Source of the DNA: a virus
DNA: 64,000 nt
Reading direction: 5' to 3' (one strand)
IMG/VR virus record: IMGVR_UViG_3300006037_000005
Coordinates: 62,599 to 126,598 of that record
The notes below the pieces were generated by a model. The model saw only the letters and a list, made by a program, of their open reading frames with translations. It made no database searches and was not told the origin of the DNA. The position numbers and the translations under genes were made by a program. Shown here piece by piece: positions 1 through 10,969 of this stretch (the stretch's first letter is position 1; each line of letters opens with the position of its first letter).

Positions 1-1
1 A

Positions 2-322
2 TTACCATCTGATTTTCTTTTGTATATTCCTTGGTTTTTCTGTGTTTGATTTGGATATAAGTTCCACTTTATCATACAATCTTGTTGCACAGATTTGTTG
101 GAAATCTTTGAATATCTTATCTTTAAAATCACTAAAAATATCAAAATAAGAACAGAAACCATAACCATAAATTTCACCCACCTGATTAAAAATATAAACT
201 GCCACATTATTATCTCTCAATTTAACAAAAACAAATAGGTGAAAATTGGCAAAAAGTACTCCTTGCTCATAGAAAATCTCGTCAAGGATTTTATGTTGTT
301 CTATAGAATGTATCTCTCCCAT
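2..322 (-). CDS. hypothetical protein (probable start MGEIHS at 322; ORF track extends to 382)
   Basis: ORF in a co-directional run; the longer start overlaps the upstream gene. Confidence 0.55.
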   Translation of the reverse strand: MGEIHSIEQHKILDEIFYEQGVLFANFHLFVFVKLRDNNVAVYIFNQVGEIYGYGFCSYFDIFSDFKDKIFKDFQQICATRLYDKVELISKSNTEKPRNIQKKIRW

Positions 323-335
323 GTTGGTGATGATA

Positions 336-662
336 TCAAGATTGTAATGAAGTCGTGACTTTTTCTGCAATCTTATCTGCAAATTCTTCTATTTTCTTAC
401 CAATTTTTTCAGAAACCATTTTCTCGATCTTATTTTGGGTTTCAAAACTAAATACTGCTTTGTTTACAATCTTGGCAAGTTCTAATTTGGTTGCTTCACG
501 AACAGATTGAACGAAATTATCACCCTCACACAAATCATTTAAGGCAAGTTCAATCCCTTTACCAATTTGTTCCTCAATAGTTCCGTGATGTAATTGAACC
601 TCCTGGATAAATTTTTGTGCGTTGATTCCTAACTCTAGTCTAATTGTTGCTAATTCTCCCAT
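336..662 (-). CDS. hypothetical protein
   Basis: 108 aa ORF tightly packed behind the nuclease gene. Confidence 0.7.
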   Translation of the reverse strand: MGELATIRLELGINAQKFIQEVQLHHGTIEEQIGKGIELALNDLCEGDNFVQSVREATKLELAKIVNKAVFSFETQNKIEKMVSEKIGKKIEEFADKIAEKVTTSLQS

Positions 663-664
663 CT

Positions 665-1807
665 CTATAAGTTAATCTCATTTTGTTTAAGTTCCATTTT
701 GCATTCATCATACAAAATTTTTAACCTATCAATAATTTTTGGTTTCAAATCGTTCTCTATCAAAGATTGGTTTACATATGCTGGTATTGTAAATTCTACA
801 TCGACATTTGAATTGAATTCTATATCCTTGTTGGAAATTGTGATTTCTTGTGTTTCTGTATCAATTCTAACAAATTCAAGTTTGATGTATCCAACAAGAA
901 GTTCCTTTATTAGATTCAAATTGAATTTTTCAAAAATATAACCCTCAACATAAATTTGAACAAAAGAATTTCTGACGTATTCATTAGCTTTTTCTTGATT
1001 GAATTCTATAAATTCTTTCAATTTTATCTGTTTGAAATCGAAAGAATAAGGGTTTCTAAAAAACGTTTCAGATTCATCGGCAAAATCTAAAAGAACAATA
1101 CCTCTATCCTCTGTATTAGCATCGGTGAAATTGAGTTTATTATATGCACCAACAAATCTTATATTGGCTTTTTCTTGTGGATTATGAATATGACCAGATA
1201 AAACCCTTTTGAATTTTTTAAAATCTTCTATATCGTTGGCTTTCTTTTTTGTATTGGGTATATGTTTTGGATTGTACTGGCCATTGTACCAGAATCCATA
1301 CATAAAAGTATGACAAAACAAAAAAGAATCTTCTTTGAATTTATCAATAACAGAAATTTCAAGTTCTGCAGAATGATTCCAAGGCATCAAAGATAATGTT
1401 TGACCCCAAATACTTGAGATTTCTGTTGGGTGTTCTACCACGAAGATATTTGGAGTATTCTTTAGGTCTCTTAGAGCATTTTTGGTGTTATCATATCTTT
1501 CATAAATGTCATGATTTCCAACGAGTATTATGACAGTACAGATTTCTGCAACATCATTAAAAATATCACAAACATCATTATAAAGTTTGGATCTATTGAA
1601 TTCTGGATTGTCAAACAGATCACCAAAAAATAAAATTGAATCCCCCTTTTTAAAATTGTGTTTTATTGTTGGTATTAAATGATTTGTTATTGAATGTTTG
1701 ATTTGATCAAACCAAAATTCTGAAGAGGAATGAACTCCGAAATGAATATCACCAATCAACCATAATCTAGATGGCTGTAAATTTTTAATATCGTTTTGTT
1801 TTACCAT
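665..1807 (-). CDS. gp47/SbcD/Mre11-like recombination nuclease (metallophosphoesterase)
   Basis: GDIH, GDLFD, GNHD and GHIH motifs; near the helicase and UvsX genes. Confidence 0.9.
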   Translation of the reverse strand: MVKQNDIKNLQPSRLWLIGDIHFGVHSSSEFWFDQIKHSITNHLIPTIKHNFKKGDSILFFGDLFDNPEFNRSKLYNDVCDIFNDVAEICTVIILVGNHDIYERYDNTKNALRDLKNTPNIFVVEHPTEISSIWGQTLSLMPWNHSAELEISVIDKFKEDSFLFCHTFMYGFWYNGQYNPKHIPNTKKKANDIEDFKKFKRVLSGHIHNPQEKANIRFVGAYNKLNFTDANTEDRGIVLLDFADESETFFRNPYSFDFKQIKLKEFIEFNQEKANEYVRNSFVQIYVEGYIFEKFNLNLIKELLVGYIKLEFVRIDTETQEITISNKDIEFNSNVDVEFTIPAYVNQSLIENDLKPKIIDRLKILYDECKMELKQNEINL

Positions 1808-2457
1808 AAAGGTTTTATATTGTTCTTATTGAAACAACCAGTAGAACTGTTTAGTTCTTTTAGTATGGCTTCTTGATAGAAAGTTTCAATCGAATTGAAC
1901 AAATCCTTTGTGTGGATTTTAAAATAATCGCAAAAAATATCAAAATAAAAAACATTATAAAGATTTTTTATTGACATATTCAACATTATATCTGAATAGA
2001 GTTTGGATTTTACATCAACAGATACCTTATAAAGAACATCATCAAGAGGTATGATGTTTATTGATCTTTCTTCTCTTGTTATAGAATTTTGTGTTATGGT
2101 AAAGATTTCATTGTTAATATCAAGTATAGTCCATTGATTTTGTACAGATCTTGATATTTTTTTAGATCCATCTCCGATTAGAATTATATCACCAGATTTC
2201 AAAAGATCTTTGTCTATAATTCTAAAAACATCATAAGCTGGATTTTTTTCTATCGAAGTTTTGAAAGCCTGTTTGAAATCATTTCTTATATTTTGGTATT
2301 CGTTGTATTTTTCTGGCTCATAAACAGAATCAAGATAGGTAGCAGAGTATGAAACATCTGGCCTGTAAGAAACAGTTGAGGGTCTTATCATCTCAATTTC
2401 ATCCTCATTTATATCATTCTGTTCACAAGTGTCCTCAATTTCGTCTTCAAAAAGCAT
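1801..2457 (-). CDS. hypothetical protein, possibly a gp33-like late transcription coactivator
   Basis: C-terminal helical segment FCDYFKI...EAILKEL followed by a short hydrophobic tail (KPLW); loose resemblance only. Confidence 0.35.
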   Translation of the reverse strand: MLFEDEIEDTCEQNDINEDEIEMIRPSTVSYRPDVSYSATYLDSVYEPEKYNEYQNIRNDFKQAFKTSIEKNPAYDVFRIIDKDLLKSGDIILIGDGSKKISRSVQNQWTILDINNEIFTITQNSITREERSINIIPLDDVLYKVSVDVKSKLYSDIMLNMSIKNLYNVFYFDIFCDYFKIHTKDLFNSIETFYQEAILKELNSSTGCFNKNNIKPLW

Positions 2458-2514
2458 AAAATAATCCGTTTCCTTGTTTAATATAACAATAAAATAAGTT
2501 ACATTTAATATAAT

Positions 2515-2817
2515 TTATTTTCTAAAATTCCATGGTTGATTTGGATCATCAATTTTCTCTTGTCTTTTAGCCATTACGCAAAGCATGTGGTATCTTATGC
2601 TGGTCACCAATCTTTGTTGTTCCATATTAAATTCAATCTGTTGGCATTTAATATGGCTTCCATTGAGAAAATCACAAATATTATTAGCCAGATGTTTATA
2701 TTTCTTGTTTAGTACAGTGACTTCATCACCATTTTTAAGGATCGCTCTTTTTTGTCTCCTGCCAACAGAATATTGATTTGATAATTCTGCTATAGATTTC
2801 CTTTCAAATTTAATCAT
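2515..2817 (-). CDS. hypothetical protein
   Basis: ORF with overlapping start/stop packing. Confidence 0.65.
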   Translation of the reverse strand: MIKFERKSIAELSNQYSVGRRQKRAILKNGDEVTVLNKKYKHLANNICDFLNGSHIKCQQIEFNMEQQRLVTSIRYHMLCVMAKRQEKIDDPNQPWNFRK

Positions 2818-3154
2818 TACCCAAATCGTGAAATTCCTCAGAAAGATCCGAAGGATATTTTTGTTGTTTGATGTTTTTCAATTTCTGTTCCTCGAATTTC
2901 TGTTGTGTAAGTTCAGATAAAGATTTAACAATAAAACGCTGTGTTGGAACAGTAAAAATTGAATAGCTACCATTACATTTTTTATTAATATCCAAAGAAG
3001 AGGCAAATTCAAAAGGGATTGATATTCCAATCTCTTTCTGGTTTTGGATAAATTTTAAATCTTCCTCAAGTTCTTTTCTTCGGTCACAAATGTGTGTATC
3101 AAAACCAGTACCATCACTTGTTGCCCATTTGATTAGAAATTCATCTTTTGTCAT
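2810..3154 (-). CDS. hypothetical protein
   Basis: ORF packing. Confidence 0.65.
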   Translation of the reverse strand: MTKDEFLIKWATSDGTGFDTHICDRRKELEEDLKFIQNQKEIGISIPFEFASSLDINKKCNGSYSIFTVPTQRFIVKSLSELTQQKFEEQKLKNIKQQKYPSDLSEEFHDLGND

Positions 3155-3162
3155 AATGTTTA

Positions 3163-4554
3163 TTATCTAGAACCACCGAAAGCACTAGCCATTGGTAACA
3201 TTTCAAGATTTGTGTCTATAAGTCTTGCATATGTCCAATCTGCTCTCAATTTCATTTTATAATTTTTATATTCAGAATCCCTTGCTTTTAAATTTTTGAG
3301 TTGGTATTCCCCATTTGAATGCATCATATCATCTTGGATTATACCGAAAATATTGTCTGCTCTATGATTTAAGCCAGATGATTCAGCAAGAGCATCCATT
3401 CCATAATCAGATAGACCATAAGCCTGCTGTTTTAATTGATGAGCGGTGATAACAGCCCAATCATCTTTTACTGATGATCTAAACATATCGTTGGCATTTT
3501 GTTTGTGGTATTGATACATTTCGTTAGACATTGTACCATTGGCGTTAGCCATTTCACCAAGATAATCAACCACACAAGCGTGGAATTTGATTTTTAATTC
3601 TGATTCTTTTTTCCTTTTATAGGCTATAACATCATCCATTGTTGCCGATGCAAATCTTTTCACAATGAGTTCGCCAAGTGGTGTCATATCATTGTTATAA
3701 CCATCAACAAAATCTTTGATCTTATTTCCAACATACATTTCATCCTGTGATTTGCTGTTATATTCAGAAATTGGAATATTGAAAGCATTTGAACCCATTC
3801 TTTTCAAAATCTTTGGTGTACCCATTTCAAGACTAACCAAAAGAACATTGTAACCAAATTTGTACATATTTAGTGCAATATTGGAGAGAAATAGTGATTT
3901 ACCAACGTTTGGTGCACCAAGAAAAATTGAAAGAGTACCTGGCTCAAAACCACCACCAAGCCATTTATTCATAATGGGCCAGCCAGTGTTGAATAGATTT
4001 GATGGATCTATTTGTCTATGGGCTGAAGCATCTGTGAAGGAAACACCATCATCACTATCTATTAGAACAGAAGATCCATCAACAACAAAGTCTTTGGCTT
4101 TCCTTATGATTTCTTTTACCGTGGCTGGAGTAACTTTAACAGACTTTTGGTAAAGTATGGATTGTTGTTGTGCCTTTTGGAATTTTTCCCATTCAATCCA
4201 AGGTTCGACATTTTCTTTTATCCAATCTTCATTATATTTTGTATAAGAGAATTCTATGACATTTCTAACCGTGGTATAGAAAAGTGTTTTATTATCATCT
4301 AAACTTTTATCTCTATCTAATTTAGATACAACATCAAGTATATTTCTTTCAGCATATTCAATGAGTTGTTCTGCAGATGGAGATGAAACATTGAAAGGTA
4401 ATTCCTTGAAGTGGAAATACCATCTTTTTGTTAAAAGATAAGTGTTTGCCAGATAGATGTTTTTGAAAAAAGATTCTTCAACTATGGGAAAAAGATTTGT
4501 ATTTCTACAAATATAATGGTAACATATTTGATCAAAATTCGGTATTCCATTCAT
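3163..4554 (-). CDS. replicative helicase, T4 gp41/DnaB family
   Basis: Walker A GAPNVGKS, VSLEM, Walker B VVDYL, TAHQ, AES and KAR motifs. Confidence 0.92.
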   Translation of the reverse strand: MNGIPNFDQICYHYICRNTNLFPIVEESFFKNIYLANTYLLTKRWYFHFKELPFNVSSPSAEQLIEYAERNILDVVSKLDRDKSLDDNKTLFYTTVRNVIEFSYTKYNEDWIKENVEPWIEWEKFQKAQQQSILYQKSVKVTPATVKEIIRKAKDFVVDGSSVLIDSDDGVSFTDASAHRQIDPSNLFNTGWPIMNKWLGGGFEPGTLSIFLGAPNVGKSLFLSNIALNMYKFGYNVLLVSLEMGTPKILKRMGSNAFNIPISEYNSKSQDEMYVGNKIKDFVDGYNNDMTPLGELIVKRFASATMDDVIAYKRKKESELKIKFHACVVDYLGEMANANGTMSNEMYQYHKQNANDMFRSSVKDDWAVITAHQLKQQAYGLSDYGMDALAESSGLNHRADNIFGIIQDDMMHSNGEYQLKNLKARDSEYKNYKMKLRADWTYARLIDTNLEMLPMASAFGGSR

Positions 4555-4800
4555 TTAGCAAAAATAATATCTGTTGTTTTCCTCTCTTATTATTTTCTGT
4601 GACGCAAGTTTTTTTAAAGATAAATCAGTTACAATCTTTTTATCTTTTCCAAAAAGATCCTCAATATCTGAATCTGTGAAATATTCTTTCCCTTTGAAAC
4701 AGATTTGTATATCCTCTGGGGTTGGTGATTCTTTCAAGATTTTAAAAATGCCACTTTTGTATTTTATTGAATCACCAGAGTTTGAATTCTTCTTTGCCAT
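4555..4800 (-). CDS. small hypothetical protein, possibly winged-helix
   Basis: 81 aa ORF abutting the helicase start. Confidence 0.6.
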   Translation of the reverse strand: MAKKNSNSGDSIKYKSGIFKILKESPTPEDIQICFKGKEYFTDSDIEDLFGKDKKIVTDLSLKKLASQKIIREENNRYYFC

Positions 4801-5638
4801 CTTTTATATTTTTAAATATATGTGCTATAACATCAACAGTCCATGAATCACCGATAACATGGGCAGATTTACACCAAGAATTTAATATTTTTGTATAACC
4901 TATCGGTAGAGTTTGGGCAATCTCCATTTCCTCTATGGTTGGATATCTGTAAATGTCTTTATCTTTTATTATAATAGAATCGGATGGTTTCTTGTGCATA
5001 GCTTTCATTATGCAAGGTATCTTCAATGATTCTGTTGTAATTATTCTTATCCTTGGCCTTTTCAGCTTGTTCAATTGTGTTCCTTTTAAAACCAAAGATT
5101 CATCATATTGTTTGGAAACATTATCTTTAAAAAGGATATTCCTATCTTTAGGAATATCTATTCCAGGGATATTAGTCCAATAAAGTCTCCCTCTCGTCTG
5201 ACAAGAAACCAAAGAAGAACATATCCTAATTGGCTCGACACCAAGTATGCTTGTTATATGATCTTTCCATTGTGTTTTCATCACAACATTTTCAAGAAAG
5301 AAATATTTTGGCTTCGTTTCTTCAAGAATTCTAACATACTGATAAAACAAACCAGATTTTCCATCAAAGCCAGTCATATCACCAGAGAAACTGAAACTTT
5401 GGCAAGGAGAGCCACCGATCAAAAGATCTATTTTTGGTAAATCTTGACCTTTCACTCCCCTCACATCGCCAAGTTGTATTGTATTAGGATGGTGGTGTTG
5501 AGTTACTTTGATTGAATCCTTGTGGATTTCCGAAGCAAAATAATTCTTAAATCTAATATGTGCTTTCAATAAAGCAAGTTGCCCAACTGATATACCATCA
5601 AATAAAGAAACAACATTTTCTATATCATATTGCATCAT
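4772..5638 (-). CDS. DNA (cytosine-5) methyltransferase
   Basis: SLFDG, GGSPCQ, FLENV, QxRxRxYW motifs and motif X GDSWTVDVI. Confidence 0.92.
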   Translation of the reverse strand: MMQYDIENVVSLFDGISVGQLALLKAHIRFKNYFASEIHKDSIKVTQHHHPNTIQLGDVRGVKGQDLPKIDLLIGGSPCQSFSFSGDMTGFDGKSGLFYQYVRILEETKPKYFFLENVVMKTQWKDHITSILGVEPIRICSSLVSCQTRGRLYWTNIPGIDIPKDRNILFKDNVSKQYDESLVLKGTQLNKLKRPRIRIITTESLKIPCIMKAMHKKPSDSIIIKDKDIYRYPTIEEMEIAQTLPIGYTKILNSWCKSAHVIGDSWTVDVIAHIFKNIKDGKEEFKLW

Positions 5639-6101
5639 GAGTACCCATGTGTCTAATTTCATCCTTCAAGAAAGGTAAGACCATCCTTATTTTCGAAAAC
5701 CCAATTGCTTCCTCTTTTTCTATGGCTTCTATCCATTCGAACCATTTTCCATCAAGCATTCTGATGAAATTTTCATCACTTCCACGTTCTTTATATCTAT
5801 CCAAAAATTCATTCTTTCTTGTTATTTCTGGATATACTAGATAGAAGAATATACATTCATCAAGTAGAGCATCTCTGACTTCTTTGTGTGATGAAACGAA
5901 AATGATCTTGTACTTTCCTATATTGGCTTTTATGTGATCAATATAATTCTTTGGAAATTCTGAATTTCTTGTCTTTTTGCCATTTTCGTCTACAGACCAA
6001 CTAAATTCAGAGGAATCTGAATCAAGTGTTGTCTCTTTGTTTTCATTATAATATGACGTTTTACCACATCCAGGAAATGCTGAAATTATCTTTGTTCTCA
6101 T
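5625..6101 (-). CDS. small P-loop NTPase/kinase-like phage protein
   Basis: N-terminal IISAFPGCGKT Walker A followed by DSDSS. Confidence 0.75.
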   Translation of the reverse strand: MRTKIISAFPGCGKTSYYNENKETTLDSDSSEFSWSVDENGKKTRNSEFPKNYIDHIKANIGKYKIIFVSSHKEVRDALLDECIFFYLVYPEITRKNEFLDRYKERGSDENFIRMLDGKWFEWIEAIEKEEAIGFSKIRMVLPFLKDEIRHMGTHDAI

Positions 6102-6102
6102 T

Positions 6103-7551
6103 TTAGATATTTTGTTCAAATTTAGATATTTGATCCATGAAGGATTCAGATTCTTTTTCAAGTTCAGCATCTTCCATAAAATAACCCTCATCGCCAGTAT
6201 TTTCAAATCCAGAAGATAGTGTGAAATTCGGTTTTATTGTAACCTCATCAAGTTTCTCAAGGATTTCTTTTGTGAATACTTTAGCCGAAAAGAAAGTTTT
6301 CAAATCAACAGCAGATCTAAGATGTTTCACTATGAATTGACCAGAGGCTTTGTTAACGATACCAACCTTATCTTCTATCTTTTCATATTTTCCATTTTCA
6401 TCAAACCTTGTCAGTATTTTATCTGTGAAATAATAACTTTGCTTTCCTTTACCATCTATGTCTGTGAAAGGTTTGATATATTCCTCCTCTATCATAAATT
6501 TGAGAGATTCAGACAAGGCTTCTTGCTTACCTTTTGCGGTTTGACCCTGTAAGAAATCGAAGTCGAATTTGTATCCAACCACTGAATCTTTTGTTATGAT
6601 TTTTTTGAAGTAGAATTCATAAGCTATGTCGACAAGTTCAGCGAATTTACCTCTATCGATACCACAAACATCCCATGATACATGTTCTTCAAGACCAATA
6701 TATGGGTTCATACCCTCGCCTTGTTTGATATAGATGTGAACTTCATTATATCTAGCGTACCTAGATTCAAAGGTGTTTGCCGTGATATCAATACCAGAAT
6801 AATCTTCTCTCTCAATTCTCTTTTTAAGCATATCAACAACAGAAGCCATGTAGATGACACCCATACCACCAGATGGTGTTTTCTTTTTGTAATGACCCAT
6901 ATCTTTGTCGTATGTGTGCGCAGTACAGATCACGGGAATACCAAGTTTACCTGCTCTTTTTGAAAGCATGTTCCAAAGGATTTTCCATTGTTTTGCAACC
7001 GTTCCTTGATCTGCTTTCAAATCACCAGATAAAGCATCATTGTATTGTTTCTGTGAATTAACACCAGAAATTGAATCTATACAAATCATAAGTTTTGGTA
7101 TCGGTTTACCTGCCTTAAAATCTTTCATCATAGGTTCAGTTATCTGAATTATCTTCACAATAATTTCATCAACTGTCTCTGGCTGATAGATTCTGCAACC
7201 AGCCATGTCTATACCTTGTTTCACAAATCTTTCTCTGTCTGGTGAGTTCTCTGTCTCAAAGAATAGACAGAAATAGCCCTCCTTTTGTGATTCTCTTATG
7301 CCATTCATCAAAAGATAAGATTTCCCTGTTTTCGGGTCACCTGCTATCAAATGGATCTTACCACAGGCATACCCTCTCATAAGAGAGCCAGATATATGAG
7401 CATTGTAAATATAAGAACCTGTATGAATCCAATTTGAAATTTCCATTGGTTCATAAGATTCGATAAGTTCACCCTCTGTATCAAATTGTTGGAGATAACT
7501 GTTAATATCTGCAAAGCTGTCAGATTTTACTACCGAATGTTGTTTTGCCAT
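6103..7551 (-). CDS. uvsX: UvsX/RecA-like recombinase with extended C-terminal region
   Basis: TGS motif, Walker A GDPKTGKS, FETE, IDSI, GG(M)G..Y.AS. Confidence 0.9.
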   Translation of the reverse strand: MAKQHSVVKSDSFADINSYLQQFDTEGELIESYEPMEISNWIHTGSYIYNAHISGSLMRGYACGKIHLIAGDPKTGKSYLLMNGIRESQKEGYFCLFFETENSPDRERFVKQGIDMAGCRIYQPETVDEIIVKIIQITEPMMKDFKAGKPIPKLMICIDSISGVNSQKQYNDALSGDLKADQGTVAKQWKILWNMLSKRAGKLGIPVICTAHTYDKDMGHYKKKTPSGGMGVIYMASVVDMLKKRIEREDYSGIDITANTFESRYARYNEVHIYIKQGEGMNPYIGLEEHVSWDVCGIDRGKFAELVDIAYEFYFKKIITKDSVVGYKFDFDFLQGQTAKGKQEALSESLKFMIEEEYIKPFTDIDGKGKQSYYFTDKILTRFDENGKYEKIEDKVGIVNKASGQFIVKHLRSAVDLKTFFSAKVFTKEILEKLDEVTIKPNFTLSSGFENTGDEGYFMEDAELEKESESFMDQISKFEQNI

Positions 7552-7593
7552 GTTTTGATTTTAAAAATTTATTATGATTTTTTATTTAAAAAG

Positions 7594-8280
7594 TTACAGA
7601 GGTTTAAATTTTGCTGTTAGAATATTTGTTATATTATCATACAAAATTTCACAATCGAATTCTGATAATATCTTGTGAAATTTTGTATAATCAATGGGAT
7701 AGTTCACACCATGGATTTCGATTTTCTGATTTTCATCTTCAAATCTAACTGGTGCTGATATAATTTCACCCATGCAACAGGCTTTTTTATAATCAGAAAT
7801 TTTTACGTTGTGTGTTTTATCTATCCGCAAATGGCTTGGATCAAATATTGGATTTTCAATTTTAACAATTTTGTAACCCTCTTTTTCCAATGTTGAATTT
7901 AAAAATTCCCACCCCATATTTGATCCAAGCCATTGTACAATGGTGGCTACTGAAACTCTTATTTCATTTGTGATTTTTATTCCAAATTTGAATTTGTTGT
8001 TAAAAAGTAATGATTCAAGTATGTTTGCTTTTTGACACCACGAAAAAGCAAAGGTTTTTTCCGCATTATTCCAATCATATTCCTTCATCAGCAAATTCTC
8101 TTCAATTCTATCGTGGTGCAATCCTTTATTTTGTTTACCTAAATAATCTATTGCTGAGCATTTGTTCTCAAGTTCTGTTATATGATCCAATAATGATTGA
8201 ATATCTCTTGTATGGAATTCAGTTGTTCCATCACCAAATTCTGCTATTTCGTCTGATATTTTCTCTATTGTATGTTTCAT
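7594..8280 (-). CDS. hypothetical protein
   Basis: 228 aa ORF. Confidence 0.7.
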   Translation of the reverse strand: MKHTIEKISDEIAEFGDGTTEFHTRDIQSLLDHITELENKCSAIDYLGKQNKGLHHDRIEENLLMKEYDWNNAEKTFAFSWCQKANILESLLFNNKFKFGIKITNEIRVSVATIVQWLGSNMGWEFLNSTLEKEGYKIVKIENPIFDPSHLRIDKTHNVKISDYKKACCMGEIISAPVRFEDENQKIEIHGVNYPIDYTKFHKILSEFDCEILYDNITNILTAKFKPL

Positions 8281-8356
8281 AGATTTTTATTCTGATATTG
8301 TTTTGTTCGGTTGGGGTTTCTTTTAACATTGATAAATACTAAAAGCATATTTACAT

Positions 8357-9982
8357 ATGGATCAATTTATAAAAAAGAATGAGATAAGGGCTATAGATAT
8401 GTTCAATAGCACCACATCATATCTTGTTAGAAAATTTAATCAGGCAAGACAAATGTTTAGCTATAGTACTGCCTATGGTCAAATATTGCTTGTCTTACAA
8501 AATCATTTTCAACTCATTTTATATTATATACAAGATTCAATTTCAGAATCAGTCATAAGCCAAGCCACAAGGGTTAACAACATTTATGGTTTAGCGGCCT
8601 TAGCTGGTCATGATGCTCAAAGGATGAGAACTGCAGTTGGCGAAATATCTTTGTCACCAAAATCTGCAACGATAAATTTGAAAGGCAATTCTGTCGTTAT
8701 ACCAAATTTAACAAGAGTTAAATGTGTTAACAATGGTTTAACTTATATCATACACCTTGCACAAGATGAAAAATTGATAAATATAAATAACACAAGAACA
8801 ACGAACTTCAAAATTCTTGAGGGCAAATTTGACTACCAGATTCTTTATGGTACTGGGGAAGATATTCAATCAATAAACCTAAATATTGAACTTGGTAAAA
8901 TGGTTGACAATGATATTTTTGATATAGAAGTCAATGGTGTGAAAGCATCCAAATTTGATTCTCTATATGATATACCATATGGTGTACTTGGTTATATCAC
9001 AAGAAATTCAAACAATGGTATTTCATTTATTTTTGGTAATTCTTTGCAACACAAAATACCACAAGATGGGGAAGAAATCAGAATAGATTATCTTTTGAGT
9101 TCTGGTGTATCTGGTAATATTTATCAATCCGAAAATTTAACTTTCATATTTGTGGATTCTGGTATAGATACCGATGGTAATGATGTTGATTTGAATGATC
9201 TTTTCAATATAACTTGTACACTACCTCCAAGCCTTGGTGCTAATATGGAATCACCAGAACTAACAAAGGTTTTAGTACAATCTTTTTCAAGAAATCTAAC
9301 AATACATGATAGAGAAAGTTTGGAATATCATGTTAAAAAATTGAATTATTTTGCAAATGTTAAAGTTTTCAAAGTTTTAAACCAAACAACAAAAACTACC
9401 AATGAATTCTCCATATTGTTATTTCCAAATATTAAAAACAAATTAACAGTAGATGATTATTTCTCAATGCCAATTTCCAATTTTTTGGTCTCGGAAGCGG
9501 AAACCACAAGATTGAATGATTATTTTGATGAATCTGGTATAAAATCAACAAATCTTGCGATTTCTTATATAAGACCAACAATAAAAAGATATTCAATCAT
9601 TATACAGATTGATGCTTATAGATCTTTTAGAGGTGTTACAGTTACTAAAGAACTTATAAAAGAGAGAATAAAGGAGATTCTTGCTGATTATATGATTAAC
9701 AATACAAGATATAACAAAATACCAAATTCAGATATTGTTAAGATCTTAACAGAAAAAATTGATTATATCGATGCTGTTAAAGTAATCTTTAAATCAGAGG
9801 ATGGTAATGGTTTAGATAAAATGGGTAACATAAATGTTTCTTATGATCAAATCGCTGTAATAAGAGGTGGTTGGACCGATCAGGTTTCAAACATTTTCTA
9901 TGAGGATTCTTTTAATATAGAAAATGATAAACCATCTGCAGTAAACTGTTATATCAACTTCATTAACGAATTTTTCATATGA
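8357..9982 (+). CDS. baseplate wedge subunit, T4 gp6-like
   Basis: A(T)R.NNIYGLA..GH, FGN...IP..G..I.IDYL.S.G..GN and G.N.ES patterns typical of gp6/BpJ proteins; GATAAATA just upstream. Confidence 0.8.
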   Translation: MDQFIKKNEIRAIDMFNSTTSYLVRKFNQARQMFSYSTAYGQILLVLQNHFQLILYYIQDSISESVISQATRVNNIYGLAALAGHDAQRMRTAVGEISLSPKSATINLKGNSVVIPNLTRVKCVNNGLTYIIHLAQDEKLININNTRTTNFKILEGKFDYQILYGTGEDIQSINLNIELGKMVDNDIFDIEVNGVKASKFDSLYDIPYGVLGYITRNSNNGISFIFGNSLQHKIPQDGEEIRIDYLLSSGVSGNIYQSENLTFIFVDSGIDTDGNDVDLNDLFNITCTLPPSLGANMESPELTKVLVQSFSRNLTIHDRESLEYHVKKLNYFANVKVFKVLNQTTKTTNEFSILLFPNIKNKLTVDDYFSMPISNFLVSEAETTRLNDYFDESGIKSTNLAISYIRPTIKRYSIIIQIDAYRSFRGVTVTKELIKERIKEILADYMINNTRYNKIPNSDIVKILTEKIDYIDAVKVIFKSEDGNGLDKMGNINVSYDQIAVIRGGWTDQVSNIFYEDSFNIENDKPSAVNCYINFINEFFI

Positions 9983-10221
9983 TAGTAGAATCTAGATACA
10001 AAGCCAAAAAAACAAGAAATATACTTGTTGAAAACACAGGATATAATTACAAGGGTAGAATGCTATTGGATTCTCTAAATAACAATCTTTTTAAAAATCA
10101 AAATCTTCTAGAATTTCTACAAAAAATCGAGGGTATATTAAATGAGGCTGTATATCAGGTTAAAACTATAAGAAAATTTTATAACCCCCTTGTAGATAAA
10201 GACTCAGATTTAATAAATTAG
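9979..10221 (+). CDS. small virion/baseplate-associated hypothetical protein
   Basis: ATGA overlap with the wedge gene. Confidence 0.6.
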   Translation: MIVESRYKAKKTRNILVENTGYNYKGRMLLDSLNNNLFKNQNLLEFLQKIEGILNEAVYQVKTIRKFYNPLVDKDSDLIN

Positions 10222-10285
10222 AAAGATTTTATATCACCTTTATCTACAGAATTTTCTTATAATTCTAAACACAGTCTGTTCGGAT

Positions 10286-10873
10286 TCATATCAAATTTTT
10301 GCGTTTAAAATATTCAATCACTGTCTTCGTTCTTAATAAATTACATCTATCTGACCAATGACTAAAATCTATTCCATCGGAAATGTGACCATCAATATAG
10401 GACAAATCATCATCACTGGGTTCAAAATCTTTGAACCCTCTTTTATAAAACAGCTCTGTTAGTCTTTTAGCGTCTTTAGATAGAATAATACCATCAGATT
10501 GTTCTATATTACACATCAAATTAATAACTTTACTAGAAAAAGCAAAATATTTTTTAGATGATTTAGATATTTTTGGTGGCTTACTAACATATTTCCTACC
10601 CCTGAAATATGATTGCCTTAACTCTATTTTTAATTTAGCACCATTATTATATGCTTTTTGATTGTACCAAACAAACCATCGGCGTAATGTCATAGAACCA
10701 CCAAAACTTCGTTCGCATTTTGATATAACACCACCCAAAGCACCCTCAAAATTATTATTAAGAAATTCCATCAAATATGATTTATATTTAAAAATATATA
10801 AATGTTTTTTTAAAGATGAAGTTTCGTGTGGTCTAAACCAATATTCTGTATTTCTATGATTTCTTATTTTCAT
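10286..10873 (-). CDS. hypothetical protein
   Basis: 195 aa basic ORF. Confidence 0.65.
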   Translation of the reverse strand: MKIRNHRNTEYWFRPHETSSLKKHLYIFKYKSYLMEFLNNNFEGALGGVISKCERSFGGSMTLRRWFVWYNQKAYNNGAKLKIELRQSYFRGRKYVSKPPKISKSSKKYFAFSSKVINLMCNIEQSDGIILSKDAKRLTELFYKRGFKDFEPSDDDLSYIDGHISDGIDFSHWSDRCNLLRTKTVIEYFKRKNLI

Positions 10874-10969
10874 ATTAATTTTTCTTTAGATTTTATATCA
10901 TTAAACTACAATTTACCCCAACCACCTCTTTAACAACAACCGAAATCATCAGATAGAAATTTATTGCGT